Source: a virus | Taxonomy: Duplodnaviria; Heunggongvirae; Uroviricota; Caudoviricetes | DNA length: 45,523 nucleotides | IMG/VR virus record: IMGVR_UViG_3300042562_001169 | Direction: 5' to 3' (one strand) | In this document: piece by piece, positions 42,037-45,523 of the stretch | How positions within the stretch are numbered: position 1 is the first letter of the stretch | How the letters are laid out: each line of letters begins with the position of its first letter | The notes under the pieces: model-generated | The model's input: only the letters and a program-made list of their open reading frames with translations | Databases searched by the model: none | What the model was told of the DNA's origin: nothing | Made by a program: the position numbers and the translations under genes

Positions 42037-42064
42037 AACCTTCAAGGAAACTTGGGGGTTTTTT
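42037..42064 (+). terminator. Terminator closing the tRNA array
   Basis: CAAG-GAAA-CTTG core with extended stem and T-run. Confidence 0.7.
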
Positions 42065-42204
42065 ATTTACAATAAAATAAATCATCCTTATATTTATAAC
42101 TGAAACCTTGTTGCTGAGGTTCTCGTGTCCACAGAGGCATTTGAGTTGGAATTGATACCAACGAAGAGAAGTTCAATAAACATAAAAAATAAAATAAGGA
42201 AATT

Positions 42205-43068
42205 ATGTATTACCAAACAAAAACAGGTACGCCTTGTGCGTATATCTCAAAAGACAGAAAACGTCTTAAACAATTTGGACAAACTGTCTATCTAAACAAC
42301 GGGGACGAATTCCAATTGGAATTATTCAACCCATCATCAACCACAGTATTAGCGAAAATCAAACTTGACGGAAGTTATATCTCCGGAGGAGGAATTGTTC
42401 TTAAACCGGGACAAAGAGTATTTCTTGAGAGATACCTTGACGACGCTTGTAAATTTAAGTTTGAAACTTATGAGGTTGATGGAACATCAAATGAGGTATT
42501 GGATGCCATCGCCGGAAATGGGGATGTTGTTATCGACTTCTTTGATGAATATAAACAACCGGTGTGGAACAACCCAATAACTTATGTTGGTGGTTCATTT
42601 GGTGGACCAACTCATACATATTATAACAATACAGGTACATTTTCAGGTGGATATGCTCATACAACATTAAGTAATAATGTATCTTTTACGTCATCAAGTA
42701 ATACTGCGGGAGTTAATTTTAATACTACCTCAATAAGTAATACTTTTGCAGGACCAAACATTAGAAGTAAAAGAGGTATATTAAAATCTAAAGGTAATTC
42801 TCGTAGTGAGGTTACTATGGATGGTATGTTATCTATGGACTCAGTAGAAACCGGTAGAGTTGAAAAAGGTGGTTCATCTGACCAATCTTTTAAAACGGTA
42901 GATAAAACTTTTAATCATTATACTTGTTCTACATCGATATGGAAGATATTACCGGTGTCACAACAGGTTTTTGAAAAACAGGATTTAAAAGTGTATTGTG
43001 TTAACTGTGGAAAAAAAAGAAAAAAAGATTCCGATAAATTTTGTTCTTCTTGTGGGGACAAATTCTAA
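42205..43068 (+). CDS. Hypothetical protein: beta-rich N-domain, low-complexity linker, C-terminal zinc ribbon
   Basis: EFQLELFNP...LAKIKLDG; YCVNCG...KFCSSCG. Confidence 0.85.
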   Translation: MYYQTKTGTPCAYISKDRKRLKQFGQTVYLNNGDEFQLELFNPSSTTVLAKIKLDGSYISGGGIVLKPGQRVFLERYLDDACKFKFETYEVDGTSNEVLDAIAGNGDVVIDFFDEYKQPVWNNPITYVGGSFGGPTHTYYNNTGTFSGGYAHTTLSNNVSFTSSSNTAGVNFNTTSISNTFAGPNIRSKRGILKSKGNSRSEVTMDGMLSMDSVETGRVEKGGSSDQSFKTVDKTFNHYTCSTSIWKILPVSQQVFEKQDLKVYCVNCGKKRKKDSDKFCSSCGDKF

Positions 43069-43096
43069 AAAATAAACAAATAACAAGGTTTCATAA

Positions 43097-43126
43097 AAAA
43101 ACCCCTTCTTTTCAGAGGGGGTTTTT
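43097..43126. terminator. Bidirectional terminator
   Basis: AAAAACCCCT/GGGGGTTTTT. Confidence 0.8.
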
Positions 43127-43141
43127 GATTTTATATTAATT

Positions 43142-44956
43142 TTATGGTGTTGTTGGTGTTGGGGTTGGTGTTTCAGTATTAGTAGGTGTTGGAGTTTGAG
43201 TTGGAGTCTCGGTAGGTGTTGGTGTTTGCGTCGGAGTCTCAGTTGGTGTTGGGGTTGGGGTTGGGGTTGGACATCCATTAGGGTCGGATGATGTAATTTG
43301 TCCAAGTCCTCCCGTAATGTTATACCAGGCAGTTCCGTTAGAATAGTAACCATCAGGAGCAGGAGTTATTAATGATGTGTCAATGTATATATATTCATTA
43401 AGATTCGGTCCAATTCCACCTGCAACAGGTGCGTAAACATTAATTGGTGAACCAACATTAGTACAAGCATCAATTGATGTTGCTCCGGTTCCTAAACTAT
43501 ATGTGTAATAACCAAATGTTGCTGTTGGTGTCATTGAAGGTGTTGGAGTTATTGTCGTTGTAGGTGTTGGTGTGATAGTAGGTGTTGGTGTTGGAATTAT
43601 TGAACATAATGTAAATGGTGATATAGCAAATCCTGTGTTATCTAATTCAACTTCTTGTCCTAAATACGCGTAATATCCTGACATATCAATAGTTGATGGT
43701 CCATATACATCATTAAAGAATTCAGTATTCATATCGAAAGTACTATTTTCTCCATAAATAACTATTGGTGTACCGGTAGAACATACTGAATAAATACTAG
43801 TGTCAAATAATACATTAAATAAAGTTCTTGTTACAACGGTAGGTGTTGGTGTTTGAGTTGGAGTTTCAGTTTGAGTTGGTGTTTGAGTTGGTGTTGGTGT
43901 TTGAGTTGGAGTTTCAGTTTGAGTTGGAGTTGGTGTTTGCGTCGGAGTCTCGGTTGGTGTTGATGTTTGAGTTGGTGTTGGTGTCGGAATATTGTATGTG
44001 AAAATATTTGACGTTGTAGGTCCACCATTAATACATTCTTGAGTTATTCTAAAATAAATAATATTTGTTGGGTCTATACCAATATCAAATGGTTCCGGTG
44101 TTGAACACTGACCAACTATTGGAACCCAAGTTATAAGGTCTAAAGAGTATGATAAGAATGCTTGAACACAATTAGGTTCTAAATTTACAAAGTTATATTC
44201 CCAAGTTGTGCCAGCACTATATGTTACGCTAAGTAATTCTATTCCACATAATGGGAATGTTGGTGTTGGAGTCAATGTCATCGTATTTGTTGGTGTCATT
44301 GTAGGTGTTGGAGTTGGTGTTGGGATATTATTTTGAATCTCATTTGAGGTTGTTGGTCCACCAACAATTGATTCTTGTGTTATTCTAAAGATAACACTGT
44401 CGTATAATTCTATACCCACATCCCAAGTTGTTGGAGACGTAACACATCCAATGATATTTGTTACCCAATTAAAACCACCATCAAGCGAGTATTCTAAGTA
44501 TAAATTAGAACAATTACTATCAATGTTTATAAAAGTGTATTCCCAATTATATGCTGATGTATTAACAACACTTGATAATATTATACCATTTAATGGGAAT
44601 GTTGGAGTTGGAGTTGGAGTCTCAGTTTGCGTCGGAGTCTGTGTTGGAGTCTCAGTTTGCGTCGGAGTCTGTGTTGGAGTCATTGTAGGTGTTTGAGTTG
44701 GTGTTTGACTAGGTGTTTGAGACGGAAGTATTGGTGAGTGAGTAGGTGGAAAATCCAATACCTCAATAATATCAACACAAGAAGATGTCCCTTGATTATT
44801 TAAAAATCTTAATGTTCCATCAAAAGCCCAAACATTTTTAATTTGACCGGGTGCTAATGAAACTTGGTATTGCCACATACTATCTGACAATGTTTTGTAA
44901 TTGAAAAATATTGTGATTTGACAAATATTTTTTAAAATGTATTTTTTTCCTACCAT
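43142..44956 (-). CDS. Thr-Pro (mucin-like) repeat protein with a duplicated beta domain; putative virion fibre or decoration
   Basis: Five TPT(P/Q)T tracts separating globular modules; two homologous FPL.GI...FRITQE...GGPTTSN domains. Confidence 0.8.
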   Translation of the reverse strand: MVGKKYILKNICQITIFFNYKTLSDSMWQYQVSLAPGQIKNVWAFDGTLRFLNNQGTSSCVDIIEVLDFPPTHSPILPSQTPSQTPTQTPTMTPTQTPTQTETPTQTPTQTETPTPTPTFPLNGIILSSVVNTSAYNWEYTFINIDSNCSNLYLEYSLDGGFNWVTNIIGCVTSPTTWDVGIELYDSVIFRITQESIVGGPTTSNEIQNNIPTPTPTPTMTPTNTMTLTPTPTFPLCGIELLSVTYSAGTTWEYNFVNLEPNCVQAFLSYSLDLITWVPIVGQCSTPEPFDIGIDPTNIIYFRITQECINGGPTTSNIFTYNIPTPTPTQTSTPTETPTQTPTPTQTETPTQTPTPTQTPTQTETPTQTPTPTVVTRTLFNVLFDTSIYSVCSTGTPIVIYGENSTFDMNTEFFNDVYGPSTIDMSGYYAYLGQEVELDNTGFAISPFTLCSIIPTPTPTITPTPTTTITPTPSMTPTATFGYYTYSLGTGATSIDACTNVGSPINVYAPVAGGIGPNLNEYIYIDTSLITPAPDGYYSNGTAWYNITGGLGQITSSDPNGCPTPTPTPTPTETPTQTPTPTETPTQTPTPTNTETPTPTPTTP

Positions 44957-45044
44957 TTTGAGTTGTTTTTAATATATAAATATTTACTTTTTCCAATTAA
45001 TCATTTTTTATATTGAAATTTTATCTATCTTTGTATCAAATTAT

Positions 45045-45500
45045 ATGATTATGAAAAGAATTTATTTAGATGACGTAAGAACTCCAACCGGAGATAACTG
45101 GATAGTGGTGAGAAATTACGATGAATTTGTTAGTAAAGTTAATGAGATTGGTTTAGAAAATATTGACATAATTTCTTTGGACCACGATTTGGGTGATACT
45201 GCAATGAAAGAGTATTTTGATAATGTTTCACCAAATTACACTTTGGATTACAACAATATTGACGAGAAAACCGGATATGACGCTGCTAAATTCTTGGTTG
45301 CGTTATTTCATAATACAAATGAAGGTAGATTCAATATGAGTAGAAGTGAAAGAAAAAGAGATAAGTTTGTGTTTCCAATTGTATATGTTCATTCTGCAAA
45401 CCCAATCGGAAGTGCAAACATTATGGGTTATTTAAACAACTTTTATATGAACGAGGGTCAAGCACAAACTTGTGTAAGAGTCCAAATACCACACGTATAA
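45045..45500 (+). CDS. Cyclic-phosphate-processing receiver-like phosphoesterase
   Basis: IYLDDVRTP, ISLDHDLG, TGYD, VHSANPIG. Confidence 0.75.
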   Translation: MIMKRIYLDDVRTPTGDNWIVVRNYDEFVSKVNEIGLENIDIISLDHDLGDTAMKEYFDNVSPNYTLDYNNIDEKTGYDAAKFLVALFHNTNEGRFNMSRSERKRDKFVFPIVYVHSANPIGSANIMGYLNNFYMNEGQAQTCVRVQIPHV

Positions 45501-45523
45501 TGGGTCCGGAAGGTGAAAAAATA

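Noticed and set aside
30700-42060. tmRNA, RNase P RNA, SRP RNA or rRNA fragments in the array
   Set aside because: I could not find the GGGG..GATTCGAC tmRNA start, the GAGGAAAGTCC/P4 pair or the SRP CAGG..GGAA..AGCAG loop. A covariance search is still advisable.
43142-44710. CRISPR array or DGR
   Set aside because: The repeats are in-frame Thr-Pro codon repeats without unique spacers. No cas or reverse transcriptase gene is present in the window.

Overview
This is an AT-rich segment of a large tailed phage genome, most likely a jumbo or T4-like myophage. That assignment is an inference, because no capsid or terminase gene lies in the window. The host is almost certainly Bacteroidota: at least seven TTTG-N19-TAnnTTTG promoters are present, and the DnaK carries a GGGTHDVS variant. 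Standard genetic code. 1-30.3 kb holds an AsnRS-core/asparagine-synthetase-like gene behind an attenuator, a PAS-PAS-2TM protein next to a GH19 endolysin, dnaK, an early-type operon of small genes (two HAD RNA-repair-type phosphatases, RmlC-like), and many putative late or virion-internal proteins with an N-terminal I/L-x-E motif. 30.3-42.1 kb is a tRNA array of 32 tRNA or tRNA-like genes covering all 20 amino acids, none with an encoded CCA. It is interleaved with HNH endonucleases, small ORFs and many stem-closed structured spacer RNAs. Main discovery: the array is split into two blocks, each preceded by a short leader ORF, an antiterminator and an intrinsic terminator. The codons of each leader match the tRNA specificities of the block it precedes, down to isoacceptor (Arg CGT vs AGA, Ile ATT/ATC vs ATA). 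This suggests ribosome-mediated attenuation that switches on phage tRNA cohorts when the cognate host tRNAs fail. All RNA structures were paired by eye; no database searches were run.
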